64,000 nt of DNA, taken from NCBI RefSeq assembly GCF_963921235.1, contig NC_086097.1, positions 118,546,001 through 118,610,000 on the forward strand, given 5' to 3'. Below are positions 12,720-26,245 of this stretch, piece after piece. How positions within the stretch are numbered: the first letter of the stretch is position 1; each line of letters starts with the position of its first letter. The position numbers and the translations under genes are program-made. A model generated the notes under the pieces. That model searched no databases. It was not told the origin of the DNA and was given only the letters and a program-made list of their open reading frames with translations. This stretch comes from Mobula hypostoma. Lineage: Eukaryota.

Positions 12720-12970
12720 TCACCTGTTTGTTGCCAGACTGTGTCAGTGAATTTTCCTGAGCCTTTCCAGCATTCGTATCTGTACTCTATCCATCTGAAT
12801 ATCACAACTACCTGTTTCCCAATTCTGGTTTTTGGATTTCTCTGGATGTTTTAATCTCTGCCTGAACTTTGATGCCGACTTTGTTGCCCCTGTGGATTTG
12901 CTACTCAGTAAATATCACTGTGTGCAGAGTATTTGGTCGGCAATTAGGTCCCTGCTTTAGCATCCTGACA
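12720..12970 (+). mobile_element. Possible decayed LTR 3' portion
   Basis: Pyrimidine-rich, AGTAAA signal-like motif, ends ...GGTCC...CCTGACA like Gypsy LTR ends; no left end or TSD found. Confidence 0.3.
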
Positions 12971-13237
12971 GAAATGTTCCGAAACTCAGGAAACCTGTGG
13001 AGTTAAATTTGTAAATCATGTGACTTTATCTCAGAAATATGCATGACATGTGAATGACTATGCCTACAGTTGCTGTGTAGCTGGAATAAAGGAGGTATGT
13101 GTTCAAACAGTTCACTCTGTTTCTTATTATTTACATGCAATCAGACTAAGAAACCACACATATATTCTACAGACATACAGTCTCTGATCTGGTGCTTACT
13201 ATGAACACAAGAGTTTCTGTAGATTCTAGAAAAAAGG

Positions 13238-13830
13238 TTACAGGTCAAAGGTCAAAGGTTTCAAATGTGCATTTAATGTCAGACGAATGTGTACAATATA
13301 CAGTACATCCTGAAATGTTTTTTCTTCACAACCATCCACGAGAAACAGAGGAGCTCCCCCAAAGAATGAATGAAAGTTAAATGTTAGAACCCCAAAGTCT
13401 CCCCCCAGCTCCCCTCTCTCCTGCACGTAAGCAGCAAAAAGCAATGATCCCCCCTCCCCCCACCAGCAAAGAAAAGCATCAGCACTCACCACCGAGTAAT
13501 CAAGCATGTAGCAAGGCAATAGCAAAGACTCAGACTTGCAGTACTCTGAAGTACTACTCGTTCATTCGGTATTCGACATACCACAGGCTCTATTTCCCTA
13601 ATAAGGGAGAAAAAGCCGTTTCACAGCGAGAGAGCGACATAACAAACAGCTCACTGGTATACAATATTAAAAGTCCATTCTGTCACTTTTTCTGAGCTCC
13701 GTGCCCAAAGATCTCAGGTCTCCAGGCACATAGCCTTAGATCCTCCGACTCCCACAGCACACCGATTTCCTGCCAGGACACCGACCTTCGATCTCCTTGT
13801 CTCCAGAACCACGAAATCTCTGACCTCTGA
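13238..13830 (-). mobile_element. Unclassified non-autonomous retroposon
   Basis: Repeat tail (GGTCAAA)2 plus CATTTAAT (minus-strand ATTAAA) at the left; CpG-richer body laid out like 54985-55490. Confidence 0.45.
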
Positions 13831-13834
13831 AGAT

Positions 13835-14361
13835 TTCCAAAGAAGCAAAGAGCGTGAAGCACAAAAGTACTGCTAGTTCATTTAAAGTGGAATGGCTCAA
13901 TGAAACAGTAGAAACTGGTACACCGGAAGCTCATGAGGTCAGGAACGTGCAGCTATGAGAAAAATTTATGTACAATACAGAAACTGGTGTTACCTGCTTG
14001 TTTTTCCATGATGCAAAAGTTGCTGGAGAATTTGCAAGTGGGAAATAGTGGAGATATATTTGGAAACTTGATGTTTGACAAGTAAATCACATATGGACAG
14101 TGTACAAAAGCTCTGGTGAGAAAACCCTTCCTTACCTCCTACAGGCCTGCTATGTATGTCTGTGAGAGTGCAGATGAACAAGAGCGAACACGGTCAAACC
14201 CAGAAGAGATAAAAGTTCTTATTAACAGTGTTTGGCTACCTGGTAAATTGAATACCTCTCTATGTAAAATTCAGTGCGCACATGTTGTCGTCACTGGACA
14301 AAATATTGCACAGCACAAGATTTTTGGACACATTGGTCATTACAAGTTAGAGGGAACATTG
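13835..14361 (+). mobile_element. hAT transposon remnant (ZNF862-like N-terminal region)
   Basis: Broken frame SSFKVEWLNE...TGVTCLF..DAKVAGEFASGK; ends in TTAGAGGGAACATTG, a hAT-type terminus; left TIR not found. Confidence 0.55.
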
Positions 14362-15591
14362 CTGGCTACCCATCCTGAAAGAGTAGTGACTGTGACTGTG
14401 ATTGGTGTCTCACATTGTTAAAGAGTTTGAATAAAGGTGCCATTAGAGAGTGACCTGTTTGTTGATGAGTGCAATGGCTTGAGAAAGTGTTGTTTCTGAC
14501 AGTTGTACAGTTACATTACAGTAAATTTGTGATGTTGAAACTTCCCATGCAGTCATGTGAACTTGTAAATGGTTTGCAGAAATAACTTTATATTCAAGTT
14601 CCAGGTCTCATCCCAGACTGATCCTTATGTGTTTTGCTAAATCTGTTTGTCCCTTTCCCTGTGAGTATGACTATTCCCCTTTTTCCATAACCTTACAGTA
14701 AATGGTCTTGAACTCCACAGCAACTCTATAAGTTTAAAGGGACACTACAAGTTTCAACTTTGCAAACTTTACTGCAGAGTTAGACAAAGAAGATCTTGAT
14801 GCAATTCTATGACAGGAAAGTCTCTCTAAAATAGTGAGTCACCAGTAAAATCAAGACTCTCTCCAGTTAGGTGATTTATTCTGGGAAACACTCAACAACT
14901 TCCTATTTCAACCAAATAATAATTCAGGTAATACTTTCTTACTTTTTTTTACTGACAACCTTAACAATCTTCCTGTGCGTGACCACCTATATTTATTTTA
15001 TAAAAAATCACAGAGATTGAAGCAAGGCTCCAGGAAGCTTTGAATCATAATATTTAACCATGATTGTCAGATAATACTAGAGGAGTTGAATTTCCACAGA
15101 GCATCTGTCACCATTCTGTTGTAAATTCGTAAAAATAATGAAAATAGAACCAAGCCATTTGGCCCTTCAAGACCATTCCAGCATTTAATATGATTAATCT
15201 ATTATATATGTGCCAGTTTCATGCACAAATTCTATGCCCCTTGATTCCCTTAACATCCGAAGATCTACCATTTTCTGTATTAAATAAATCGATTATTTTA
15301 GCCACCATTGTCCTCTTAAGTAGAGAATTCTGAAGATTCAATACCTTCCAGATGAAGGAATTTCTTTTCACGAAATTAGAAGGTCCATTGAAACTCTAGA
15401 GAAGTGAATGAGATTCATGCCAACATGTAATTATTTTCAAATATCATTCACAAGGCACACAAAAATAATTATGCATGCTGAAATTCTGTGGGTAGTGTTT
15501 TCTCCCCCAAACCAGAAGTTTAAGGGTCAAGTTTGATTGAATGGATATCCAGAGACGTTTTTCCCAGGGCAGAAAGGCATAATTTTTAAGT

Positions 15592-15721
15592 TAACACAAA
15601 ATTCTCTGCTGATGCTGGGGTCAAAGCAACACACACAAAACGCTGGAAGAACTCAGCAGGTCGGGTAGCATCCGTGGAAATGAACAATCAACGTTTCGGG
15701 CCGAGACCCTTCTTCATGACT
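15592..15721 (-). mobile_element. Short Penelope-derived element with a mutated hammerhead, inserted in a CR1 fragment
   Basis: Homologous to 7554-7683; minus strand AGTC aTGAAGA AGGGTCTCGGCCC GAAACGTT GATT. Confidence 0.75.
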
Positions 15722-15809
15722 TATTTTAAGTTGGTTGGAGGAAAGTATAGGGGGTATGTCAGAAGTAAGTTTTTGACACAGAAGGTGGTAGGTGCGTGGA
15801 ACTCCCTGC

Positions 15810-16680
15810 ATTTAAATAGGTAGTGCAAAAAAAGTAGTGAGGTAGGGTTCATGGGTTCAATGTCCATTCAGAAATCTGATGGTAGAGGAGAAGAAGCTGA
15901 TCATGAATCTCTGAGTGTTTTTCTTCAGGCTCCTGTACCTCCTCCTTGATGGTAGTAATGAGAAGAGGGCATGTCCTGGGTGGTGGATGGCATTAATGAT
16001 GGATGCCACCTTTTTGAGGCATCGCCCCTTGTAAATGTCCTGGATGCTACAGAGGCATGTGCCCATGATTGAGCTGACTAGGTTTACCACTCTCTGCAGC
16101 TTACTTTGATCCTGTGCAGTAGCCCTCCCCCATACCAGATGGTGATGCAGCCAGTTAGAATACTCTCTCTAGTAAAACTGTAGAAATTCTGAGTGTCTTT
16201 GGTGACATATCACATCTCCTAAAACTCTTAAAGAAACATAGCTAGTGTTGTGCCTTCTTTGTAGCTGCATCAATATATTCAGCCCACGATAGATCCTCAG
16301 AGAAGTTGACACCCAGGAACTTGAAATTGCTCTCCCTTTCCACTTATGATCCCTTCTAAAAGGACTCATGCATGTTCCCTTGTCTTACCCTTTTGAGGTC
16401 CACAACCAGTTCTTTGGTGTTACTGACATTGGGTTGTTGCTGTGATACCACTCAACTAGCTGGTATATCTTGCTCCTGTATGCTTTCTCAATACCATCGG
16501 AAATTCTGCCATCAATAGTGGTATCATCAGCAAATTTATAGATGGCATTTGAGCTGCACCTAGCCACACAGTCGTGGGTGCAGAGAGAGTAGAGCAATGG
16601 GCTAAGCACTTGAGCTGTGCCAGTGTTGATTATTCAGGGAGGTGGAGATGTTATTTCTGAATGCATAGACTGTGGTCTGT
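15810..16680 (-). mobile_element. Rex1/Babar fragment
   Basis: LSPLLYSLCTHDCVA...KFADDTT; HPGHALFSLLPSRRRYRSLK. Confidence 0.8.
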
Positions 16681-16914
16681 GGAGATATGATAGGCACATG
16701 GATGATAGAAAAATGGAGGGCTACGTAGTAGGAAGGATTAGATTCATTTTATAATAGGTTAAAGGTCGGAACAACATTGTGGGTCTGAGCTGCACTGAGC
16801 TGTAATTTTCAATGTTTTATGTTCTCAGTCTTACTCCAAGGTTTTGACCACAAAACTCTATGCTGTTAATCCATCCAGTGCTGAGAAAGTGCTGCAGTAT
16901 TAAAGACTCCATCA

Positions 16915-19900
16915 TTTGATTGAGAAATTAAAAAGAATCTTAAGAAAGAAATTAGAAAAGCTAAAAGAAGATATGAGGTTGCTTTGGCAAGTAAGATGAA
17001 AATAAATCCCAAAGGTTTCTACCGTTATATTAATAGCAAAAGGATAGTGAGGGATAAAATTGGTCCCTTAGAGAATCAGAGTGGACCAAAATGTGTGGAG
17101 CCAAAAGAGATGGGGGAGATTCTGAACAATTTCTTTTCTTCGGTATTCACTAAGGAGAAGAATATTGAATTGTGTAAGATAAGGGAAGAGGTAGGGTAGT
17201 TATGGAAACTATGATGATTAAAGAAGAGGAAGTACTGGATCTTTTAAGAGATGTAAAGGTGGACAAGTCTCCAGGTCCTGACAGGATATTCCCTAGGACC
17301 TTGAAGGAAGTTAGTGTGGAAATAACAGGGGCTCTGACAGAAATATTTCAAATGTCATTAGAAACGGTGATGGTGCCAAAGGATTGGCGTATTGCTCATG
17401 TTGTTCCATTGTTTAAAAAGTGTTCTAAGAGTAAACCTAGCAATTAACGGCCTGTGAGTTTGACGTTAGTGGTGGGTAAATTGATGGAAAGTATTCTTAG
17501 AGATGGTATCTATAATTATCTGGATAGACAGGGTCTGATTAGGAACAGTCAACGTGGATTTGTGCGTGGAAGGACATATTTGACAAATCTCATTGAATTT
17601 TTTGAAGAGGTTACTAGGAAAGTTGATGAGTGTAAAGAGGTGGATGTTGTCTATATGGACCAGTAAGGCCTTTGACAAGGTCCCACATGGAATGTTGTTT
17701 AGGAAGGTTCAATTGTTAGGTATTAATATTGAAGCAGTAAAATGGATTCAGCAGTGGCTGGATGGGAGATGCCAGAGAGTAGTGGTGGATAACTGTTTGT
17801 CAGATTGGAGGCCGGTGTCTAGTGGTGTGCCTCAGGGATCTGTACTGAGTCCAATGTTATTTGTCATATACATTAATGATCTGGATGATGGGGTGGTAAA
17901 TTGGATGAGTAAGTATGCAGATGATACTAAGGTAGGCGGAGTTGTGGATAATGAAGTAGGTTTTCAAAACTTGCAGAGAGATTTAGGCCAGTTAGAAGAG
18001 TGGGCTGAAAGATGACAGATGGAGTTTAATGCTGATAAGTGTGAGGTGCTACATTTTGGTAGGACTAATCAAAATAGGACATACATGGTAAATGGTAGGG
18101 CATTAAAGAATGCAGTAGAACAGAGACCATAAGACCATAAGACAAAGGAGCAGAAGTTGGCCATTCAGCCCATTGAGTCTGCTCTGCCATTTTATCATGA
18201 GCTGATCCATTCTCCCATTTCATCCCATTCCCACACCTTTTCACCATAACCTTTGATGCCCTGGCTACTCAGATACCTATCAATCTCTGCCTTAAATACA
18301 CCCAATAACTTGGCCCCCACTGCTGCCCGTGGCAACAAATTCCATAGATTCCACCCTCTGACTAAAGAAATTTTTTCACCTTTCTGTTCTGAAAGGGCAC
18401 CCTTCAATCCTTAAGTCATGCCCTCTCATACTAGACTCCCCCATCATGGGAAACAACTTTGCCACATCCAGTCTATCCATGTCTTTCAACATTCGAAATG
18501 TTTCTATGAGGTCTCCCCTCATTCTTCTAAACTCCAAGGAATACAGTCCAAGAGTGGACAAACGTTCCTCATATGTTAACCCTCTCATTCCCGGAATCAT
18601 TCTAGTGAATCTTCTCTGTACCCTCTCCAACGTCAGCACATCCTTTCTTAAATAAGGAGACCAAAGCTGCCCACAGTACTCCAAGTGAGGTCTTACCAGC
18701 GCCTTATAGAGGCTCAACATCACACCCCTGCTCCTATACTCTATTCCTCTAGAAATGAATGCCAACATTGCATTCACCTTCTTCACCACTGACTCAACCT
18801 GGAGGTTAACCTTAAGGGTATCCTGTATGAGGACTCCCAAGTCCCGTTGCATCTCAGAACTTTGCATTCTTTCCCCATTTAAATAATAGTCTGCCCGTTT
18901 ATTTCTTCTGCCAAAGTGCATAACCATACACCTTCCAACATTGTACTTCATTTGCATCTTCTTTGCCCATTCTTCCAATCTATCCAAGTCTCTCTACAGA
19001 CTCTCCGTTTCCTCAGCACTACCGGCCCCTCCACCTATCTTTGTATCGTTAGCAAACTTAGCCACAAAGCCATCTATTCCATAATCCAAATCGTTGATGT
19101 ACAATGTAAAAAGAAGTGGCCCCAGCATGGACCCCTGTGGAACACCACTGGTAACTGGCAGCCAACCAGAATAGGATCCTTTTATTCCCACTCTCTGTTT
19201 CCTGCCAATCAGCCAACGATCTATCCATGTATGTAACTTTCCCATAATTCCATGGGCTCTTATCTTGTTAAGTAGCCTCATGTGTGGCACCTTGTCAAAG
19301 GCCTTCTGAAAATCCAAATATACAACATCCACTGCATCTCCCTTGTCTAGTCTACTAGTAATTTCCTCAAAAAATTACAATAAGAGAGATCTAGGAATAA
19401 TGGTGCATAGCTCCCTGAAGGTGGAATCTCATGTGGATAGGGTGGTGAAGAAAGCTTTTGGTATGCTGGCCTTTATAAATCAGAGCACTGAGTATAGGAA
19501 TTGGGATGTAATGTTGAAATTGTACAAGGCATTGGTGAGGCCAAATTTGGGTATTGTGTACAGTTTTGGTCACCGAATTACAGGAAAGATGTCAACAAAA
19601 CAGAGTACAGAGAAGATTTACTAGACTGTTACCTGGGTTTCATCACCTAAGTTACAGAGAAAGGTTGAACAAGTTGGGTGTTTATTCTTCGGAATGTAGA
19701 ATGTTGAGGGGGGACTTGATAGAGGTGTTTAAAATTATGAGGGGGATAGATAGAGTTGACGTGGATAGGCTTTTTCCATTGAGAGTGGGGGAGATTCAAA
19801 CAAGAGGACATGAGTTGAGAGTTAAAGGGCAAAAGTTTTGGGGTAACACAAGGGGGAACTTCTTTACTCAGAGAGTGGTAGCTGTGTGGAACGAGCTTCC

Positions 19901-20095
19901 AGCAGAAGTGGTTGAGGCAGGTTTGATGTTGTCATTCAAAGTTAAATTGGACAGCTATATGCACAGGAAAGGAATGGAAGGTTATGGGCTGCGTGCAGGT
20001 CGGTGGGATTTGGTAAGAGTAGGAGTTCGGCACGGATTAGAAGGGCTGAGATGGCCTGTTTCCGTGCTGTAATTGTTATATGGTTATATGGTTTT
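16915..20095 (+). mobile_element. CR1 LINE, 5'-truncated, interrupted at 18125-19376
   Basis: KSPGPDRIFPRTLKE, KAFDKVPH, GVPQGSVL, KYADD; resumes GATCTAGGAATA at about 19388; TTATATGG tail. Confidence 0.9.
18125..19376 (-). mobile_element. CR1 LINE of a different subfamily, nested antisense
   Basis: DVVYLDFQKAFDKVPH, GVPQGSMLGPLLF, RPHLEYC; (TTATGGTC)n tail at 18125-18143. Confidence 0.9.
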
Positions 20096-21147
20096 ATAAG
20101 TCATTGTCTGCTCCTTCTAGTGACTATATAATATAGAACAGTTCAGCAGAACAATAAGCCTTTCAGCTCATGAATGCAATGAGCACAATGCCATATTAAA
20201 CTAAAACCTTTCTGCCTTTATGACCCATATCCCTCCATTCCTTGCATGTTTACAAGTCTGTCTAACAGCCTTTTAAATCTTTATCTATTTACATCACTAC
20301 TCCTGGCAGCCTGTTCTAGGCACCTACCACTCTCTGTGACTGATTAAAAATTCCCTGAGAAGGTATCTAACATGATTGCGTGTGTACTCCACAGCCAGTT
20401 AAAAAGACAACTTTTAGAAGCTACCTCCCTATTCATCGCTCTCTTATAATCATGAATAATAGATTATTGTGCTGTTTTTGCTTTTAAATTAGTGGATGCA
20501 GCTGGATACAAATTGTCTGCCATGTCTCTCACATAATACTGTGAAAGGTTATCTCCAGAAAATCCCACAAGTCCACTTGTAGAGTATGCAAATAAACCTC
20601 ATTTTCACCCGCACTGAAGCTTTAATCTCTGAAGACATCTCTGCTTCAGCAGGGCGAAACACCAGACTTTTAGAAACATTCTCTTCAGAGCTCTGTACTG
20701 AGTGGACATAATAATCGGGTGGACTAAAAGAAAGGATATTCTCAAAGCTTCCTTGAAAAAGTGCATCAACTCCTGGAAAGTTGTGGTCCATTACTGCTCA
20801 GGAGAAAGATTTCCAGAATATACTGAGAACTTTGAGTCATTTTTGACAGGAGCACAAAGAAACCCAGTGTTAAACGCAAATCTTTTGTAGTCCTTTAAAA
20901 TGCTTCAGTAATCAAATAAGTGCTACATCTTACCACTTCACTGACTCACCTTCCACCTGACCCACCAAGCATCCATTAGAGACTCCATTAGTCTTTCACA
21001 GGCCTCATAAGTCACCTCAGTGAAATCAAGCTATCCTTGGTCCTTTGGAAATGCCTAAGTAAAAGATCACAATAGTTACAACATAGTAAAAGGTTTTTCA
21101 ATGGCTGTCAAACACCTTAGGATATACAATATTAAAGGTACAAAATA

Positions 21148-21890
21148 TACACGGAGGCCACATTATTGGTATACCTGTACACCTGCTCATTAAAGCAAAT
21201 ATAATCAGCCAGCTGTTTGGCAGCAACTCAGTGCATAAAAGCATGCAGACGTGGTCAGGAGGTTCAGTTGCTGTTCAGACCAAACATCTGAAAGAAAGAA
21301 GGAATGTCAGCCAAGCGATTTTGACAGTGGAATGCTTTTCGGTGCCAAATGGGGTAATTTGAGTATTTCAGAAATTACTGATCGCCTGGGAATTCGCGCA
21401 CAACATTCTCTAGGGTTTACAGAGAATGGTGCGAGAAAAACAAAACAAAACAAAAACATTACAGTGAACGGCAATTCTCAGGGCGAAAACACGTTGTTAA
21501 TGAGAATGGTGAGAGGAGAATAACCAGACAGGTTCAAACTGACAGGAGGTTGACAGTACCTCAAGGAACCACCCATTAGAAAAGTGGTGTGCTGAAGAAC
21601 TTCTCTCAATGTACAACACAATGAATGTTCATGTGGATGGGCTACAGAAGCAGAAGACCAACATACACTGAGTGGCCACTTTATTAGGTACAGGAAGTAC
21701 CAACAATCATTCCACAGTCAAAGTCACTTCGGTCACATTTCTTCCACATTCTAATGTTTGGTCTGAACAATAACTGGACCTCTTGACCATGTCTGCATGC
21801 TCTAATGGATTGAGTTAATGCCACACGATTGGCTGATTAGATGTTTACGAGCAGGTATTCAAGTGTACCTAATAAAATGGCCACTGAAGG
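21148..21890 (+). mobile_element. Non-autonomous Tc1-like element with long (about 200 bp) inverted ends
   Basis: SDFDSGMLFGAKWGNLSISEITDRLG transposase N-terminus; 21700-21890 is the reverse complement of the left end; extra internal terminus at about 21666. Confidence 0.8.
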
Positions 21891-22489
21891 TAGATTATAA
21901 TGGTTTTACATTGACCTTTTTAGATACTGGCCAAGTTAGCACCATTCAAATTGAAGTAAAATCTATCCTGTTAATGCAGCTACAAGATTTGCAGTGAAGT
22001 AGTTGTGACACAATCACAAAACCGATCATCTAATATAAAAGCATCTGGAAGAGTAAGCAGAGTCAATTTCCATAGGTGCTCCGGTAAATTCGCATTTGTT
22101 TCCATGGAGACTGAAAGATGAATTGGTGGTATGAATATTTTAAGAGCTGGCAAAGTAAGTGTAAATTTAGAGGCAAGTGCCTTGGGTGTAATGGAAAGGA
22201 TCTTATTAAGGCTACAGTACTACAGAAGTGGCTCATGCAGAGCCTGTTTCTGCACCTTAACCGAAGGGTCTAAAGCAGTGTATGCCATAAGCACGACCAT
22301 TCTACGCAAAAATCTCTCTACCACAGTATTGGTTAAACCCTCCAGTAGATGACTCACAGTCAGATTCATTTATCGTATGTACACGATAACATACAGTGAA
22401 ATGTGTTTACACCTCCCAAAGTCCAACCCTACATCTCTGTCGAGAGAGGTGTAAATGGTTAAGAATACCAACAGGGCTCTGGTGTGTCG

Positions 22490-22643
22490 ATATAGGCTAA
22501 TCCCCTGTACAGTGGATACAATGGATTGTAGAAACATTGATGAACTCCAACCATACCATCAGCTTCAGAGGATGATGGAGGCAGGAGGTCATTGATGGCC
22601 TATACTCCACTGGGAGCTAAGGGCCCAAGAAAAAGAAGAAGAA
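22490..22643 (+). mobile_element. Probable RTE-type LINE 3' end
   Basis: ...TTGATGGCCTATACTCCACTGGGAGCTAAGGGC followed by an (AAG)n tail. Confidence 0.45.
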
Positions 22644-23084
22644 ATTTGTTTGCATTAACAACCAACACACCTAAGGGTGTGCTGGGTGCAGCCTGTAAGT
22701 GTCACCATGCATTCCGCCGCCTGCATAGCATTCCCACAATGTTCAGCAGAACAACACAGAACACAAATGACAAAGCAACAGCAGCAAAACAAGCCTCTTT
22801 CCTATCACCCATCCACCCACTCAACCCCAGGATTGGCTGTATTCTGCCCCCAGGATCCAAAGGATTCAGAATCGCAGACACTGGGCCTTCGATTTCCCCA
22901 GAAGACTCGCAGAGACTGGCAGCTCGGGGCTCTAGCCATCAGGCCTCAAGTCGTGTATAATTTATGTTTTGTGTGTTGTTTCAATCTACCTGCTTGTAAT
23001 ACTGCAGTAAGCAGGTTTTTTATTGCCCCCACTTTATCATACTTACGCACATGGCAATAAACTCAAGTTGTCTTGACTTGGCTT

Positions 23085-23340
23085 ATTTTCTTTTCTTGCT
23101 GGCGGTTTGATGTTTATTTTTAGAAGTTTTTTGTATGACGCATGACTCCGGGGTTGTACATCTAATGGTTTTTTTTCTCACTTTTCTGCTTAGTAGGTTT
23201 ATTTTTGTTATCACAAAATTTTTTTTCAATCTTTAAGATAATGTCTTTTTTGAGACATTCTAAGTGTTGTTACTTCAATGTACTCATGTTATTTTTCCTG
23301 TATAATATAACAATAAAAAGATCTGAAAAGAAAAGAAAAA
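23085..23340 (+). mobile_element. L1 3' UTR fragment
   Basis: T-rich body ending CAATAAAAAGATCTGAAAAGAAAAG, matching the end of the full-length L1 (CAATAAAAAGATTTAAAAAG). Confidence 0.6.
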
Positions 23341-23574
23341 GCTTGTGGTTGTCTTTAGGAGCCAAAATACAATGATCATAAAAATGAACATTTTCAGTTG
23401 AATAATTCATGACAGGAATATGCTGCCCCACGATAAATTTGAGGGCAGTTCTTGACCACCACTGACAGACTCCACAACAGTCACACTATTCCTCACATAC
23501 TTGTGTGGACTGTGTCAGACATTTTTGTGACTGAGGAACTGTCACATGAAAGGTAATGAGTTTGAACTGGGGTG

Positions 23575-23823
23575 GCTCAATAGTGGAGGTTTATGTAATG
23601 CTATTACAGCAATAGTGACCCAGGATAAATTCCACTGCAGTCTGTGAGGAGTTTGTCCATTTTTCCTGTGACTGCATGGGTTTTCACCGGGTGCTCTGGT
23701 TTCCTCATACAAAGACATTCAGCATAGGCTAATTGTTCACATTGGGTGTAATTGGTTGGCGTGGGCTTATTGGGCCGGAATGGCCGTTACTGTTTGGTAG
23801 CTCTAGATAAAAAATAAAATAAA
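23575..23823 (+). mobile_element. V-domain SINE (HE1-like)
   Basis: tRNA-like head, GGAGTTTG...TGCATGGGTTTTCACCGGGTGCTCTGGTTTCCTC V domain, A-rich tail. Confidence 0.65.
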
Positions 23824-24829
23824 TTGTCCTTGGTTCCTTGTTTTGGACTGTACCCTAACCATGCTCTAACCATGCCCTGATCCAGTAGGATCTGTGTCTC
23901 TGAAAAAAAAACTTAAATATTTTCCTCCACTGTCTTTCAAGGAAGGGAGTTCCAAAGTCTCACAAAACTCTGAAAGAAAAGAAAAGAAAAAACTTCGTCT
24001 CTGTCTTAAATGGATGGCCTGTTGTTTTTAAACAGTGACTCCTCATTTTAAATACTCCAACAAAAGGCATAATTTCTCTCTGTTCACTTGGCTGAGAAAG
24101 TGGTTGAGGCAGGTATAATAACAATATTTAAAGGACACTTGGTCAGGTCCAGGGAATGTTCAGAGGGCATGGACAGGGAAATGGGACTAGCTTAAAAAGC
24201 GTCTTGGTTGGCATGGGCAAACAAAATGTCCAAGCTGTATTATTTTATGATCCAAGAATCTATATTAAGACCCACCAGGATATTATATTCTTTTAATTCT
24301 TTTATGGTGTAAAGCCCACTAACATGAGCCCTTCTCCTCCTCCTCAGTCAGGATACCAGGACATGTTGGTCTTTCCTCCAATGCGTCTTCTGCTACTCCA
24401 GCTAGGGAACCAAGATTCCTGATTCAAGTGTATTTATTATGAGTTAATCAAAATGTGCAGTGAAATGCATCAGTGAAAACTGAGGGTGTGCTGGAGGGGG
24501 GCAGCACTCAAATGTTGCCATACATTCCGGCACCAAGAGAGCATGCCCACATTGCTCAGCAGAGGGCAATACCCTGGAAGCGAGGTAATGTGATCAATGA
24601 CTGACCATTAAAGCCAATGCACTCACTTGGATCAAATCCCAGTTGCAAGCTTCTCGGAGGCTCATGAAATGATTCACCAAGTTCACCTTTGTAGGGGATT
24701 GGCAATCGGGAAGGGTGGAGGGGCACAGGATGTGGCACTGGGATGAGATAAGACAATGACTACTTTCAAAAAAAGGACGATCGAGGAAGCTGGTTCATTG
24801 TAATGGGGGTGTGAGTGGGAATTTGGGAG

Positions 24830-25950
24830 TCCATGAGACATAGAAGCAGAATGAGGACATTCAGCTCCGCCATTCCCTCATGACTGGTTTATTATCCCTC
24901 TCAATCCCCCTGCCTACTCCCTGCAATCTTTGACACCCTGACTAATCAGGAACCTATCAACCTCTTCTTTAAATATACCCAATGACTTGGCCTCCACAGC
25001 TACCTGTGGCAATGGATTGCAAAAATTCACCACCCTTTGGCAAAAGAAATTCCTCCTCATCTCTGTACCAGAGAGATGCCCTTCTATTCTGAGGCAGTGC
25101 CCTTTGGTTCCAGATTCACCCACTGTATATTCACTCTATCTAGGCCTTTGAATATATGATGTATTTCCATGAGATCCCCTCCTCATTCTTCTAAACTCCA
25201 GCAAATACAGCCCAGAAATTTTCATACAACACATTAACCCTTTCATTCCCTGAATCATTCTCATGAACCTCCTGTGGACCCTCTCCAATACCAGCACATC
25301 TTTTCTGAAATGAGGGGTCCGAATCTGCTCACAATGCTCCATTATAAGTCAGACCAATGACTTATAAAGCCTCAACACTATATTCTTGCTCTTATACTTT
25401 AATCACCTCAAAATCAATGCTAACATTGTACAAATGTATTTGTCTTCCTTACCACTGGCTCATCCTGAAAACTAACCTTTTGGGAATTCTACACAAGGAA
25501 TCCCAAGTCCCTTTGCACCTCTGCTTTTTTTTGAATTTTCTCACCATTGAAAAAATAGCCTCCCCCTTTATTCCCTCTACCAAAGTGCATGACTACACTT
25601 ACTATATTCTATCTGCCACTTCTTTGCAACTTCTCCTGAACTGTTCAAGTCCTACTGCAGACTCACTGCTTCCTCAGCACTCTTTGCCCTCCACCTATTT
25701 TCATATCATCTGCAAACATGGCCACAAACTATCAATTCTGTCATCAAAAGCATTGACAGAGAATGTGAGAAGAAGTGTTACCAATTCTGACCCCTGTGGA
25801 AAACCACTGGTCACCGGCACCCAACCAGAATCGGCCTCCTTTATTTCCACTCTGCTTCCTGTCAGGCAGCCAACCCTTTATCCATGCGAGTATATCTCCT
25901 GTAATACCATGAGCTGTGGCACTTTGTCAGAGGCTTACTGAAAATGATTT
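24830..25950 (-). mobile_element. Decayed CR1 3' part
   Basis: RKDVLVLERVHRRFMRMI; EMRRNFFCQRVVN. Confidence 0.8.
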
Positions 25951-26245
25951 GAATAAAGATTTAGTTGGTGGTGGATGGTTAGAGGTGGGAGTCAGGATGC
26001 AGATGTAGGAAAGCCACAGATTGCAAAGGAGTATCTGTGGATAGGCATTGGTGTTGTGGAGGAATTTAATGCACAGGAGGGCAGAGGATTGAGGACTTCC
26101 GGTAGCGCTCACGGAGTGAAGTCGCGTTCTTGACTCGCTCCATTACCTCTGAGTTTTTCTTCTTATGATCAGCTATATTTTAATTAACCATTAAGGCATC
26201 AACTTTTACAATACTTTGAAATAAATTGGGCTCTCCGATAATTGG

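Noticed and set aside
20700..20850. Possible RTE C-terminal remnant (KDILKASLKKC...SW)
   Set aside because: Too short and decayed to support as a feature
25357..25941. 194-aa plus-strand ORF
   Set aside because: Antisense shadow of a CR1 RT region
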